From Clostridia bacterium (GTDB lineage: Bacteria; Bacillota; Clostridia; UBA1212; UBA1255), in NCBI GenBank assembly GCA_017622825.1, contig JAGAQK010000159.1:1-47393 (forward strand): DNA of 47,393 bases, written 5' to 3'. Under the pieces are notes generated by a model. It saw nothing but the letters and a program-made list of their open reading frames with translations, was not told the origin of the DNA and searched no databases. Position numbers and translations under genes: made by a program. The first letter of the stretch is position 1. Each line of letters starts with the position of its first letter. This document shows, piece by piece, positions 38,824 through 47,393 of this stretch.

Positions 38824-40380
38824 TTACTTTATATCAATTCTCGGGAAAAGGACTTCGCCTTTTGATACTTCTGTTGCGTCCGGATACAATCCCCACTCGC
38901 CTGCTTTATCCCATGCGAGTATATCGTCTTTGCCTGTGAGACCGAGTTGTGCCTGTATTTTCTTTGGTGTCTCCGGCATGAAAGGTTCAATGAGTATCGA
39001 TGCGATACGCAGTCCTTCAAGCAATGTATACATAACACCGGCGAGGCGTTTCTTATCGTCCGGATCTTCGCTTTTTGCGAGAACCCAAGGCGCTGTCTCG
39101 TCGATATATTTGTTCATTCTTGAAATGCCTTTCCATATTTCTGTCAATGCTGACGGGAATTGAAGTGCATCCATAAGCTCATCGATTTTTTGTGTATTTT
39201 CTGCAGTCAATGCCTTAATGTCTTCTACGGGTCCGCAGTCGAGTCTGTCTTCTGCCTGTGGCATTTTGCCTCCGAAATACTTTATTTGCATTGAAACTGT
39301 TCTTGACACTAAGTTACCGAGGTCGTTTGCAAGATCGGCATTGATGCGGTTTATAAGTGCTTCGTGTGTGAACTGTCCATCGGAGCCGAACGGTACTTCT
39401 CTCAAAAGGAAGTATCTTATGGCATCTGCGCCGTACATTTCGACGAGTTTCACGGGGTCAACAACATTTCCGACTGATTTTGACATTTTGCCACCGTCAA
39501 TCAAAAGCCAACCGTGTCCGTAAACCTGCTCCGGAAGCGGCAAATCGAGCGCCATCAAAATTGCGGGCCATATAATAGTATGGAATCTCACAATTTCTTT
39601 TCCCACAAGGTGTACTTGCGCCGGCCAATATTTCTTATAGTCTGCCTCGTCGTCGCTGCCGTATCCCATTGCTGTTATATAGTTTGAAAGTGCATCTACC
39701 CATACGTAAACTACGTGTTTGTCATCGAAAGTAACTGGTATTCCCCAGTCAAAAGTCGTTCTTGATACGCACAAATCTTCGAGTCCGGGACGGAGGAAGT
39801 TATTGAGCATCTCGTTTTTACGCGATACGGGCTGTATGAAATCAGGATGACTTTCAATATATTCTATAAGTCTGTCCTGGTATTTTGACAATCTGAAGAA
39901 GTAGCTTTCTTCCTCTGCTTTTTCTACCGGTCTGCCACAATCGGGGCACTTGCCGTCTTTGAGCTGTGTCTCTGTCCAAAATGATTCACACGGTGTGCAA
40001 TACCATCCTTCATAGCTGCTCTTATATATGTCTCCCTGGTCATATAACTGCTTGAATATTTTTTGTACTGCTGCTACGTGATAGTCGTCTGTTGTACGGA
40101 TAAAGCGGTCGTTTGAAATATTCATGATCTTCCAAAGCTCTTTAATTCCTGCTACTATCTCGTCAACATATTGCTGAGGCGTTACACCTTTCGCTTCTGC
40201 TTTTCTCTGTATCTTAAGACCGTGTTCGTCTGTTCCTGTCAAGAACATAACGTCATATCCTTTTAGTCTTCTATATCTTGCTTCTGCATCCGCTGCCACT
40301 GTCGTATATGAGTGACCTATATGCAGATTATCACTTGGATAATAAATCGGTGTTGTTATATAATACGTGGGTTTTGACAT
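38824..40380 (-). CDS. metG: Methionine--tRNA ligase (short form, zinc knuckle)
   Basis: 518 aa with HIGH-type PSDNLHIGH and KMSKS motifs, plus CTPCE...CPDCG. Confidence 0.97.
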   Translation of the reverse strand: MSKPTYYITTPIYYPSDNLHIGHSYTTVAADAEARYRRLKGYDVMFLTGTDEHGLKIQRKAEAKGVTPQQYVDEIVAGIKELWKIMNISNDRFIRTTDDYHVAAVQKIFKQLYDQGDIYKSSYEGWYCTPCESFWTETQLKDGKCPDCGRPVEKAEEESYFFRLSKYQDRLIEYIESHPDFIQPVSRKNEMLNNFLRPGLEDLCVSRTTFDWGIPVTFDDKHVVYVWVDALSNYITAMGYGSDDEADYKKYWPAQVHLVGKEIVRFHTIIWPAILMALDLPLPEQVYGHGWLLIDGGKMSKSVGNVVDPVKLVEMYGADAIRYFLLREVPFGSDGQFTHEALINRINADLANDLGNLVSRTVSMQIKYFGGKMPQAEDRLDCGPVEDIKALTAENTQKIDELMDALQFPSALTEIWKGISRMNKYIDETAPWVLAKSEDPDDKKRLAGVMYTLLEGLRIASILIEPFMPETPKKIQAQLGLTGKDDILAWDKAGEWGLYPDATEVSKGEVLFPRIDIK

Positions 40381-40412
40381 AAAATCTCCTCCTTATCAAA
40401 ACTTATCGTTAG

Positions 40413-40441
40413 ATTATAGCACGGTTTGATTATATTTACAA
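40413..40441 (-). promoter_or_regulatory. metG promoter (extended -10)
   Basis: The minus strand has TTGTAA, a 17-nt spacer, then TGcTATAAT. That leaves a leader of only about 25-30 nt, too short for a T-box. Confidence 0.55.
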
Positions 40442-40476
40442 TCAAAATGAAAAATAGGATGGTGTCAAGTAAAAAA

Positions 40477-40772
40477 TTTATGCGGAAATTTTGAAAAGCC
40501 GCATAAATTCCGTTCGACCCGGAGCTCAAATCGACTTCCACGGACAATAATTTATGCGGAAATTTTGAAAAGCCGCATAAATTCCGTTCGACCCGGAGCT
40601 CAAACCGACTTCCACGGACAATAATTTATGCGGAAATTTTAAAAAGCCGCATAAATTTCGTTCGACTCGGAGCTCAAACCGACTTCCACGGACAATAATT
40701 TATGCGGAAATTTTAAAAAGCCGCATAAATTCCGTTCGACCCGGAGCTCAAACCGACTTCCACGGACAATAA
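40477..40772. repeat. Tandem array of four 74-bp units, each with an 11-bp perfect inverted repeat
   Basis: The unit is TTTATGCGGAAATTTTGAAAAGCCGCATAAATTCCGTTCGACCCGGAGCTCAAACCGACTTCCACGGACAATAA. Copies start at 40477, 40551, 40625 and 40699. Only four positions vary among the copies. Confidence 0.95.
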
Positions 40773-40833
40773 TAAAAAATGTATAGATTTGTTAATTATG
40801 AAAATAATAACCACATGAAAGCGAGGAAGATTT

Positions 40834-41505
40834 ATGTTTATACACGAGAAAAAGTTATTCCACCCGGTTGAAATCGAAAAGCCGAATCCGCAATATGCTG
40901 CATTACTTCAAGAGCAGTTGGGAGGAGGCAACGGCGAGCTGAAGGCAGCAATGCAATATATGTCCCAAAGTTTTCGAATCAAAGACTCTGAGATTAAGGA
41001 TCTGTTTTTAGATATTGCTGCAGAAGAACTTGGTCATATGGAGATGGTTGCACAAACTATCAACCTTCTGAACGGTCATGATGTTGATGCCGCGAGTGTG
41101 TCTGCCGGAGAAATTCAAACTCACGTAATTTTAGGACTTAACCCCGGTTTAATTAATGCGTCGGGTTACTCTTGGACAGCCGACTATGTTACGGTAACAG
41201 GTGATCTTTGCGCCGACCTATTATCAAATATCGCATCTGAGCAGAGGGCAAAGGTTGTATATGAATATTTGTATCGACAGATTGAAGACAAAAAGGTTCG
41301 CGAAACCATCGATTTTCTTCTCAATAGAGAGGAAGCCCATAATGCAATGTTCAGAGAGGCATTTAACAAGGTGCAAAATTACGGATCCAACAAAGATTTT
41401 GGCACAACCAAGGCGGCTAAAATGTATTTTAGTATGTCTGAGCCATCTCCTTACGATAGCAGATTTACAAATCCAAATGTTAAACCTGTTTCATTTGAGC
41501 AATAA
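40834..41505 (+). CDS. Manganese catalase family protein (CotJC-like)
   Basis: ...GGGNGELKAAMQYMSQSF...DIAAEELGHMEMVAQTI... and ...LLNREEAHNAMF. These are di-metal ferritin-like motifs of the Mn-catalase/CotJC family. Confidence 0.8.
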   Translation: MFIHEKKLFHPVEIEKPNPQYAALLQEQLGGGNGELKAAMQYMSQSFRIKDSEIKDLFLDIAAEELGHMEMVAQTINLLNGHDVDAASVSAGEIQTHVILGLNPGLINASGYSWTADYVTVTGDLCADLLSNIASEQRAKVVYEYLYRQIEDKKVRETIDFLLNREEAHNAMFREAFNKVQNYGSNKDFGTTKAAKMYFSMSEPSPYDSRFTNPNVKPVSFEQ

Positions 41506-41511
41506 TAATCT

Positions 41512-42810
41512 ATGGAAAAATCACTTTGGCACAATGAAATAAAACTGCCCTCATTTCATTCACTTAAAGGTGATATAAAAACAGATGTGTTGATTGTTGG
41601 AGGCGGACTTTGCGGTTTACTTTGCGCTTATTATTTGAAAAAGGCGGGTATTGATTGCATCGTTGCAGAAAGCAATAAAATCGCCTCCGGCACAAGTGGT
41701 AATACTACAGCCAAAATCACATCCTTGCATGGCGCGATATATGGTGATTTAATTGAAAAATCAGGCATCGAAACCGCACAAAAATACTTTGACATCAACC
41801 AACAGGCCATAAAGGAATATGAAAAAATAGCAAAGTCTGCAGATTGCGATTTCAAAGAATCTACAGCTTACACATATTCCCTAAATGACAGTGAGAAAAT
41901 TGAAAAGGAATACAATGCATTGTTAAAGCTTGGTGCGCCGATAAAACCGGACTCAAAAATATCTTTACCGTTTAAGGTATCTGCAATAGTTGGTCTGCAG
42001 GGTCAAGCAGAGTTTAACCCTTTGAAATTTATAAAATATATTGCAGAGGGTTTAGATATTTATGAAAACACAAGGATTTTAGAGGTTAATGATAATGTCG
42101 CATATTACAGCGGCGGCAAAATAATGGCACAAAAAATCATTATCGCAACTCATTTTCCTTTTATCAATAAGCACGGTTTTTATTTTTTGAAACAGTATCA
42201 ATACCGTTCCTATGTTATCGCTCTTGAAAACGCACCCAATGTCGGCGGCATGTATGTTGACGAAGCAGATGGAGGGTTATCTTTCAGAAATTACGGTAAT
42301 TTTCTTCTGTTAGGCGGTTGCGGTGCAAGAACAGGAAAACCATGCGGAAATTGGACGAAGCTTACAGAGTATAAGGAAAAATATTACCCAAACAGCAAAG
42401 AAAAATACAGATGGGCAACGCAAGACTGCATGAGCCTTGACAAAATCCCATTTATTGGTAAATATTCAGCAAAAAAGCCTGATTTACTTGTTGCCACCGG
42501 ATTTAACAAATGGGGGATGACTTCTTCTATGGTGTCGGCTATGATTTTAACCGATATGATAAAAGGAACAAAAAACGAATATGCCGACATTTTCGACCCA
42601 TCAAGAAGTATCTTGAAGCCACAACTTGCAATCAACTGCTTTGAAACGCTTGCAAACTATATCATTCCCACAACAAAACGCTGTCCGCATTTAGGCTGTG
42701 CTCTAAAATGGAATAAATATGAGCGCAGTTGGGATTGTTCCTGCCACGGCTCAAGATTTGAAAAACAAGGGAAGCTAATTAATAACCCCGCAAATAAAGA
42801 TATGAAATAA
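41512..42810 (+). CDS. FAD-dependent oxidoreductase with a C-terminal Rieske [2Fe-2S] domain
   Basis: Dinucleotide fold DVLIVGGGLCGLLCAYYL. Rieske motif CPHLGC...CSCHGSRF. Confidence 0.8.
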   Translation: MEKSLWHNEIKLPSFHSLKGDIKTDVLIVGGGLCGLLCAYYLKKAGIDCIVAESNKIASGTSGNTTAKITSLHGAIYGDLIEKSGIETAQKYFDINQQAIKEYEKIAKSADCDFKESTAYTYSLNDSEKIEKEYNALLKLGAPIKPDSKISLPFKVSAIVGLQGQAEFNPLKFIKYIAEGLDIYENTRILEVNDNVAYYSGGKIMAQKIIIATHFPFINKHGFYFLKQYQYRSYVIALENAPNVGGMYVDEADGGLSFRNYGNFLLLGGCGARTGKPCGNWTKLTEYKEKYYPNSKEKYRWATQDCMSLDKIPFIGKYSAKKPDLLVATGFNKWGMTSSMVSAMILTDMIKGTKNEYADIFDPSRSILKPQLAINCFETLANYIIPTTKRCPHLGCALKWNKYERSWDCSCHGSRFEKQGKLINNPANKDMK

Positions 42811-42851
42811 AAGATAAATAAAAGATACACATATAATTTCCTTGCAATTTA

Positions 42852-42895
42852 AAGACAACAACTTTACAATATATGAAATATAAAGTTGTTGTCTT
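42852..42895 (+). other. Perfect 15-bp stem-loop directly abutting the SD of the M50-like gene
   Basis: AAGACAACAACTTTA (42852..42866), a 14-nt loop, then TAAAGTTGTTGTCTT (42881..42895). AGGAGG (42896..42901) and ATG 42909 follow immediately. There is no U-tract on either strand. Confidence 0.7.
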
Positions 42896-42908
42896 AGGAG
42901 GAATTATT

Positions 42909-44048
42909 ATGAGTAAACAACCGAAAAAAAAGAACGGTTCAAGCGGACAAACTTTGCTTTTTATTATATCTTTTATAATAGGGGGTGTGGGTGGTTTTTT
43001 AGTAACACATTACTCTGAACAAATAACACAAGACAGCACTCTTGTTGAAACAGTATTAATTTATATGTTGGAAATTTCTGTGCTGATAATTGGGATATTC
43101 CTACAAGTTATAATACACGAGGCAGGTCACCTTATTTTCGGATTGCTTTCAGGATATAAATTCAGTTCATTTCGTATCGCTTCATTAATATTTGTAAAAG
43201 AAAACGATCAATTAAAAATAAAAAAGCTTAAAATCGCAGGCACCGGCGGGCAGTGCCTGATGACACCACCGGATTTAATTGATGGCAAAATGCCTGTTGT
43301 TTTGTACAATCTCGGTGGCTCAATACTTAATATAATTCTATCAACAATATTTGCGGTAATTTCGTTTTTTACAGCATCAATACCGCTTCTTTCTATGTCT
43401 ATGTTAATTATTGCCGTTATCGGCGTAGCTTTTGCGTTAATAAATGGTGTACCGATGAGATTAGGACTTGTTGATAACGATGGATACAACGCTTTTTCCC
43501 TTACACGCAATCCCAAAGCCTTGAAAGCGTTTTGGATTAGCTTAAAAGCAAATGCTCAAATAGCCACAGGCGCGCGAATCAAAGACCTCCCTGCGGAATG
43601 GTTTGAGATGCCCGATTGTGAAGACTTGAAAAACAGCATGGTAGCAACTCAAGGTGCACTTTCGTGTAACTACCTGCTCGACACCAAGCGTTTCGTAGAA
43701 GCAAAAGAGCAAATATCATACTTGCTTAACGCAGAAAGCGGCATTGTAGGCTTAACCCGCAACGGATTGATTTGCGACCAAATATATTTGGAAATAATAA
43801 CGGACAACCAACGCGAAGTAGTCGAAGCGTTACTCACAAAAGAACAAAAAAAGTTTATGAAACAAATGAATAATCATCCGAGCATAATTCGCACACAATT
43901 CGTCATATCATTGCTTTTTGACAAAGACAGCTCAAAAGCCGCCAAATTCAAGGAGCAATTTAATAAGGTAGCCAAATCTTACCCATATCATAGCGAGCTT
44001 CAATCCGAGCTCGAATTAATGGAATATGCAGAAAAACTTGCATTATAA
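42909..44048 (+). CDS. Membrane metalloprotease, M50 (site-2 protease)-like
   Basis: Start set to ATG 42909 (MSKQPKKK) after the AGGAGG. An HExxH motif lies within a TM helix (VIIHEAGHLIFG), and a second motif is NGVPMRLGLVDNDGYN. The C-terminal domain is soluble and helical. Confidence 0.65.
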   Translation: MSKQPKKKNGSSGQTLLFIISFIIGGVGGFLVTHYSEQITQDSTLVETVLIYMLEISVLIIGIFLQVIIHEAGHLIFGLLSGYKFSSFRIASLIFVKENDQLKIKKLKIAGTGGQCLMTPPDLIDGKMPVVLYNLGGSILNIILSTIFAVISFFTASIPLLSMSMLIIAVIGVAFALINGVPMRLGLVDNDGYNAFSLTRNPKALKAFWISLKANAQIATGARIKDLPAEWFEMPDCEDLKNSMVATQGALSCNYLLDTKRFVEAKEQISYLLNAESGIVGLTRNGLICDQIYLEIITDNQREVVEALLTKEQKKFMKQMNNHPSIIRTQFVISLLFDKDSSKAAKFKEQFNKVAKSYPYHSELQSELELMEYAEKLAL

Positions 44049-44717
44049 TTTTACGGGAGGAAACGCCTCTAATCTATGTATCGGTTGGCCAAGCTCCATA
44101 AATCTGTTCTCGTACTCGGTAATAACATTCGCAGACAGTATCTCCGCCGGCGTTTCGTCACTGTGAAGATTGTACGAAACGTTTTCAAGGCGCCACCCAT
44201 TCTCCGTGAAACTTTCAACCGAAAAATCAAACAGCCCCCTATTGTCGGTTTTTTGCACAATACAGCCACCCGGCGCGAGAATCTTCGCATATTTTTCAAG
44301 ATAAGTTTTATACGTCAACCTGTACTTAGCATGTTTATTGCGCGGCCACGGGTCGCTGAAATTCAAATAAATCCTGTCAACCTCGCCCTCCGCGAAATAT
44401 TCGCAGAGAAAATCCGCATTGTTATTAATAAAAATTATATTCTTGTAATCCGCCGCCACAACTTTCTCCATAGCCGTCACGATAACGTTTTTCACGCACT
44501 CCATGGCAACAAACGAAACCTCCGGATTCTTCTGCGCCATTCCGGTAACGAACGCACCCTTGCCGCAGCCAATCTCCAAGTGAAGTGGCTTTTTTTCTTC
44601 TTCTACGGAAAGGAACGCACTCCGCCAGTTTCCCTTCATTATTGCCGGATCAGCAACTACAATACTGCTGCATTTTTCAAATCGTTCTTCCAAATGTTTT
44701 TTATTACGTGGACGCAT
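44043..44717 (-). CDS. trmB: tRNA (guanine-N7)-methyltransferase
   Basis: 224 aa: ...LHLEIGCGKGAFV...RIYLNFSDPWPRNKHAKYRLT... Confidence 0.93.
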   Translation of the reverse strand: MRPRNKKHLEERFEKCSSIVVADPAIMKGNWRSAFLSVEEEKKPLHLEIGCGKGAFVTGMAQKNPEVSFVAMECVKNVIVTAMEKVVAADYKNIIFINNNADFLCEYFAEGEVDRIYLNFSDPWPRNKHAKYRLTYKTYLEKYAKILAPGGCIVQKTDNRGLFDFSVESFTENGWRLENVSYNLHSDETPAEILSANVITEYENRFMELGQPIHRLEAFPPVKL

Positions 44718-44752
44718 GGCGTTAGACTCCTTATCGTTTGATTACGGATAGT

Positions 44753-44780
44753 ATTGTATCACGAAAGCACAAAATGACAA
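44753..44780 (-). promoter_or_regulatory. Possible trmB promoter (extended -10)
   Basis: The minus strand has TTGTCA, a 16-nt spacer, then TGaTACAAT, about 35 nt upstream of the ATG. Confidence 0.4.
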
Positions 44781-44916
44781 AGCTGAAATTTAATAATTTT
44801 GTTATGTCAGTGGTTTTTCGTACATTACCACCAAATAAAAAAAATAATCTTTAAAAAAACACCAAATAGTGTTATCATAACAAAGATGAAATACATCAGG
44901 GAGGATTATTCATAGA

Positions 44917-45852
44917 ATGGCAAGTGTAGCAAATACTTTTTGCACAGTATATAAAGATTCAATATTCACACATGAAATAAAATATATTACAACCGCTGTA
45001 AGATACCGGGGCAAATGGCTTTTTTTAAAGTCAGATAACGTTCCCGGCTACAGAATGATAAGCGGTGCTATCAAAAGATCAGAGACACCCGAACTGACAG
45101 TAAGACGCGAGTTGTATAACAAAGCCGGCATCGTAGCAGGAAGAATATACGAAGTTGCTACATATTCCCTTTCAACAGGGTACGGGAAGCCCTGCGGAAC
45201 AGGGCGTAACGTTTCGTACGGCAAATTGTATTACACAGAGTGCGTATGCCTCGGCAAAATGCCACACGAGAGTTCACAAAAAGCCGAGCTTATAGAAGGC
45301 GACATTGCCGACTCTCATTTCACTAACCCTAATGCGTGCGGCCCGCTTATGAGAAAAATCAAAAGTTGGCTTGCTTCCGGCGAAGAAGAAAAAATTATGC
45401 CTTTTACTTTTGAAAAACTCTGCGGTGCAGTCACATATTGCAACGATAATGGCGTGAGAAAATACATATTAATAAAAAATCTTTCAGGTCATATAGGTTT
45501 TCCGAAAGGTCACGCCGAAAGCGGAGAGTCAGAGCTCGACACAGCAAAAAGAGAAGTCTTTGAAGAAACGGGGCTAAAGCCGCAAATAATGACGGAATTC
45601 CGTCACTGCTTTGGATATGCTGCCCCAGGCATGATGCTTTCAAACAACAGAAAGCCGTTGCTCCACAAAACAGCAGTATACTTTATTGCAAACTTTCCAA
45701 CAGAAGATATCCCGAATATCAAAATACAGGAAGAAGAAGTGCTCAATTGGTGGTTCGTGCCATACCAGGAAGCAATCAGATTGCTCAACAAAAACACAGA
45801 CAGACGTTTACTTGAGCTTGCCAACCGCTGGATTGAGCAAAACCAGAAATAA
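44917..45852 (+). CDS. Nudix hydrolase with an extra, degenerate N-terminal Nudix-like domain
   Basis: The C-terminal half has a good Nudix box (GFPKGHAESGESELDTAKREVFEETGL). The N-terminal half has a weaker one (ISGAIKRSETPELTVRRELYNKAGI). Confidence 0.75.
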   Translation: MASVANTFCTVYKDSIFTHEIKYITTAVRYRGKWLFLKSDNVPGYRMISGAIKRSETPELTVRRELYNKAGIVAGRIYEVATYSLSTGYGKPCGTGRNVSYGKLYYTECVCLGKMPHESSQKAELIEGDIADSHFTNPNACGPLMRKIKSWLASGEEEKIMPFTFEKLCGAVTYCNDNGVRKYILIKNLSGHIGFPKGHAESGESELDTAKREVFEETGLKPQIMTEFRHCFGYAAPGMMLSNNRKPLLHKTAVYFIANFPTEDIPNIKIQEEEVLNWWFVPYQEAIRLLNKNTDRRLLELANRWIEQNQK

Positions 45853-47393
45853 TCAGGTAGCAAGTTTTCTCAACATTCTGTTTTCAAGCTTTTGAGCAGT
45901 TTTTACATCAAAACTGCCTTCATCCAAAGTTTTACCGTAAAAATAGGCTTCGAAAATTTTGCCCGCCATAGGAATCGAGTTTCCGCCCGCCGCGCCATGC
46001 TCAACAACTATTGAGACTGCGATTTCAGGGTCATTTGCAGGTGCATAACAAATAAATACGGAGTGTGAACTTTGTCCGAATGCCTCAAGGCCCGTCTCCG
46101 GCGTACCCGTTTTAGCCGCAACAAAGCCTGTCGGGAAAGCCGAAAAAGCTCTCGTTGCAAGGCCACTGCCCTTTACCATCTCCACCATTCCCTCTTTCAC
46201 GGTGTCAAGCACGTATTGCGACGCCGCTACTATCGTGGGATTATCATTTTTATTCGAGTTATCCAACACAACGCTACCTGTTGACGTCTTTACAGAGCCA
46301 ATAAGATACGGAACGTTTAGTCGCCCGCCATTACCGAGTGCAGCAGCATATCTTGCAAGCTGCATAGGTGTAAAGAGAGTATAAAGCTGACCTATTGAAG
46401 TCTGTGCAGTATCAGAATCTGTCCATTTATGATAAATATCTGTTTCTTTGAGATTCATCGTTTCTTCATTGCTTCTGTAGCCGGCATACTCGTTGATTTC
46501 TATGCCCGTCTTCTCTCCGAGGCCAAATTGCTTTGCCCAATAATCTATTGTTTCAACGCCCGTTTCAACACCGATTTGCTGGAAATAAACGTTACATGAC
46601 TTTGCAATGGCAGTTTTCAACGAAATATTGCTGTGGTAACCCATGCAGGCGTGTGAATGGTTGTTAATGATGAGATAACCGTTACATTTTATTTGTCGCG
46701 ATGAGGTTGTCTTGCCGCTTTCCAAAGCCGCAATGGCAGTTATAGGTTTAAAAGTAGAGCCTACGGGATATAAACCCTGTGTGGCCCTGTTAAGGCTGGG
46801 AGACGTCGGGTCTGTAAAAAGATTTGTAATCGCCTGCTGTGCTTCCTTGTCAGAAGACGGTCTGAGGAAAATGCTATTATCATAATTAGGATAGTTTGCC
46901 TCTGCAAGCACCTCTCCTGTTTTTGCATTAAGTACGACGATAGAGCCTGCCTCAGCATCACCGAAATTTTTAATATTATCCTTTTGCGCTCTTATGTCTG
47001 CAATTCCTTCTTCAAGAATTTTAACGCACTTTTGCTGGAAAGCATAATCAATTGTCAGGTATACGTCATTTCCCGGCACAGGACTTGTGTATGAATACTC
47101 ACGAACGACACCTTCATCATCAAGATATACTTCTTTTATGCCGTCAACACCTCTTAAATATCCCTCTGCCACCTGTTCTATGCCGATTTTTCCTATAATG
47201 GACGTGTTGGAATATCCTTGATCTTTCATTGCGGCATATTCTTCTTCGCTTATCGCTCTGACGTATCCTAAAATATGGCTTGCTTCTTCGGCATCAATAT
47301 ATTCACGAAAATACGTTTCTTCGGTCGTAATGCCGGGAAAATCCATATAACGAGCTTCTATTTCCTGTACTGTTTCATCACAACAGTCAGAAG
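45853..47393 (-). CDS. Penicillin-binding protein 2-type transpeptidase; 5' end runs off the window
   Basis: Motifs STFK, SCN (KSCNVYF) and KTGT are present. The reading frame stays open upstream of the track ORF's Met through to 47393. Confidence 0.88.
   Translation of the reverse strand, partial: SDCCDETVQEIEARYMDFPGITTEETYFREYIDAEEASHILGYVRAISEEEYAAMKDQGYSNTSIIGKIGIEQVAEGYLRGVDGIKEVYLDDEGVVREYSYTSPVPGNDVYLTIDYAFQQKCVKILEEGIADIRAQKDNIKNFGDAEAGSIVVLNAKTGEVLAEANYPNYDNSIFLRPSSDKEAQQAITNLFTDPTSPSLNRATQGLYPVGSTFKPITAIAALESGKTTSSRQIKCNGYLIINNHSHACMGYHSNISLKTAIAKSCNVYFQQIGVETGVETIDYWAKQFGLGEKTGIEINEYAGYRSNEETMNLKETDIYHKWTDSDTAQTSIGQLYTLFTPMQLARYAAALGNGGRLNVPYLIGSVKTSTGSVVLDNSNKNDNPTIVAASQYVLDTVKEGMVEMVKGSGLATRAFSAFPTGFVAAKTGTPETGLEAFGQSSHSVFICYAPANDPEIAVSIVVEHGAAGGNSIPMAGKIFEAYFYGKTLDEGSFDVKTAQKLENRMLRKLAT

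Noticed and set aside
40381-40476. An expected T-box leader upstream of metG.
   Set aside because: The best promoter leaves only about 25-30 nt of leader. No specifier or T-box sequence and no terminator/antiterminator pair is present.
40356-40547. A 63-aa minus-strand ORF that overlaps the metG start and runs into the repeat array.
   Set aside because: It has no SD, it lies upstream of and overlaps the metG promoter and start, and its sequence is simply a translated repeat unit. The repeat period is not a multiple of three.
40477-40772. Could the 74-bp periodic array be a CRISPR array?
   Set aside because: The whole 74-bp unit repeats almost identically head to tail. There are no unique spacers between the repeats, and there are no cas genes in the window.
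40477-40772. The 74-nt unit length and a T-arm-like element (TTCCG-TTCGACC-CGGAG) suggested tandem tRNA or tRNA-like genes.
   Set aside because: I could not draw an acceptor stem: the sequence 48 nt upstream of the T-arm does not pair with the 7 nt after it. The other hairpin, with an 11-bp stem and a 13-nt loop, fits neither an anticodon arm nor a D arm. At most, the unit contains a T-loop-like motif.
44076-44741. A 221-aa plus-strand ORF spanning almost all of trmB on the opposite strand.
   Set aside because: The minus-strand product is unmistakably TrmB. The plus-strand product is Arg/Ile/Phe-rich with no recognisable motif and no SD.
1-47393. Search for mobile elements, prophage remnants, toxin-antitoxin pairs or defence systems.
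   Set aside because: No ORF showed transposase, integrase, recombinase, nuclease-helicase, restriction-modification or toxin-antitoxin hallmarks. No terminal inverted repeats or att-like duplications flank any block. The only repeat is the 74-bp tandem array.

Overview
This is a chromosomal segment from a low-GC Gram-positive bacterium. Gene order, GGAGG Shine-Dalgarno sites and the EcfA, YqeK, YitT and DUF2508 content suggest Bacillota, probably Clostridia (inference). Layout: (a) 1-16.7 kb, minus strand: the complete S10-spc-alpha ribosomal superoperon from rpsJ to rplQ, including secY, adk, map, infA and rpoA, followed by the start of ecfA. rpmJ and rpmD are absent from the ORF track and were found by hand translation. 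(b) 16.9-21.2 kb: a YitT-family membrane protein, a GH36-like glycosidase and a membrane-anchored repeat protein. (c) 21.2-24.3 kb, minus: nadD-yqeK, rsfS, corA and a HAD phosphatase. (d) 24.4-31.0 kb, minus: a small orphan gene, a lipoprotein/ACT/UPF0210 operon, and tldD-pmbA-punA. (e) 31.2-37.0 kb: a five-gene surface-glycan cluster (GT4, Wzy/O-antigen-ligase-like, Stealth-like phosphotransferase, Wzx flippase, GT2). (f) 37.2-47.4 kb: DUF2508, NlpC/P60, metG, a 4 x 74-bp tandem repeat, Mn-catalase-like, FAD/Rieske oxidoreductase, M50-like protease, trmB, a tandem Nudix protein and a truncated PBP2. I saw no rRNA, tRNA, CRISPR array, transposase, integrase, phage gene or recognisable defence gene, and I cannot support a novel multi-gene system here. 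The items most worth a second look are the hairpin-containing 74-bp tandem array, the promoter/structured-RNA/terminator unit upstream of rpsJ, and a long structured rpmJ-rpsM spacer. Two single-base frame disruptions also matter: essential rpsE is split, and pmbA is read through into punA. Both look like one-base deletions in short nucleotide runs, so indel errors in the assembly should be suspected before any biological explanation. Several ribosomal proteins (L17, L22, L23, L24) are unusually long.
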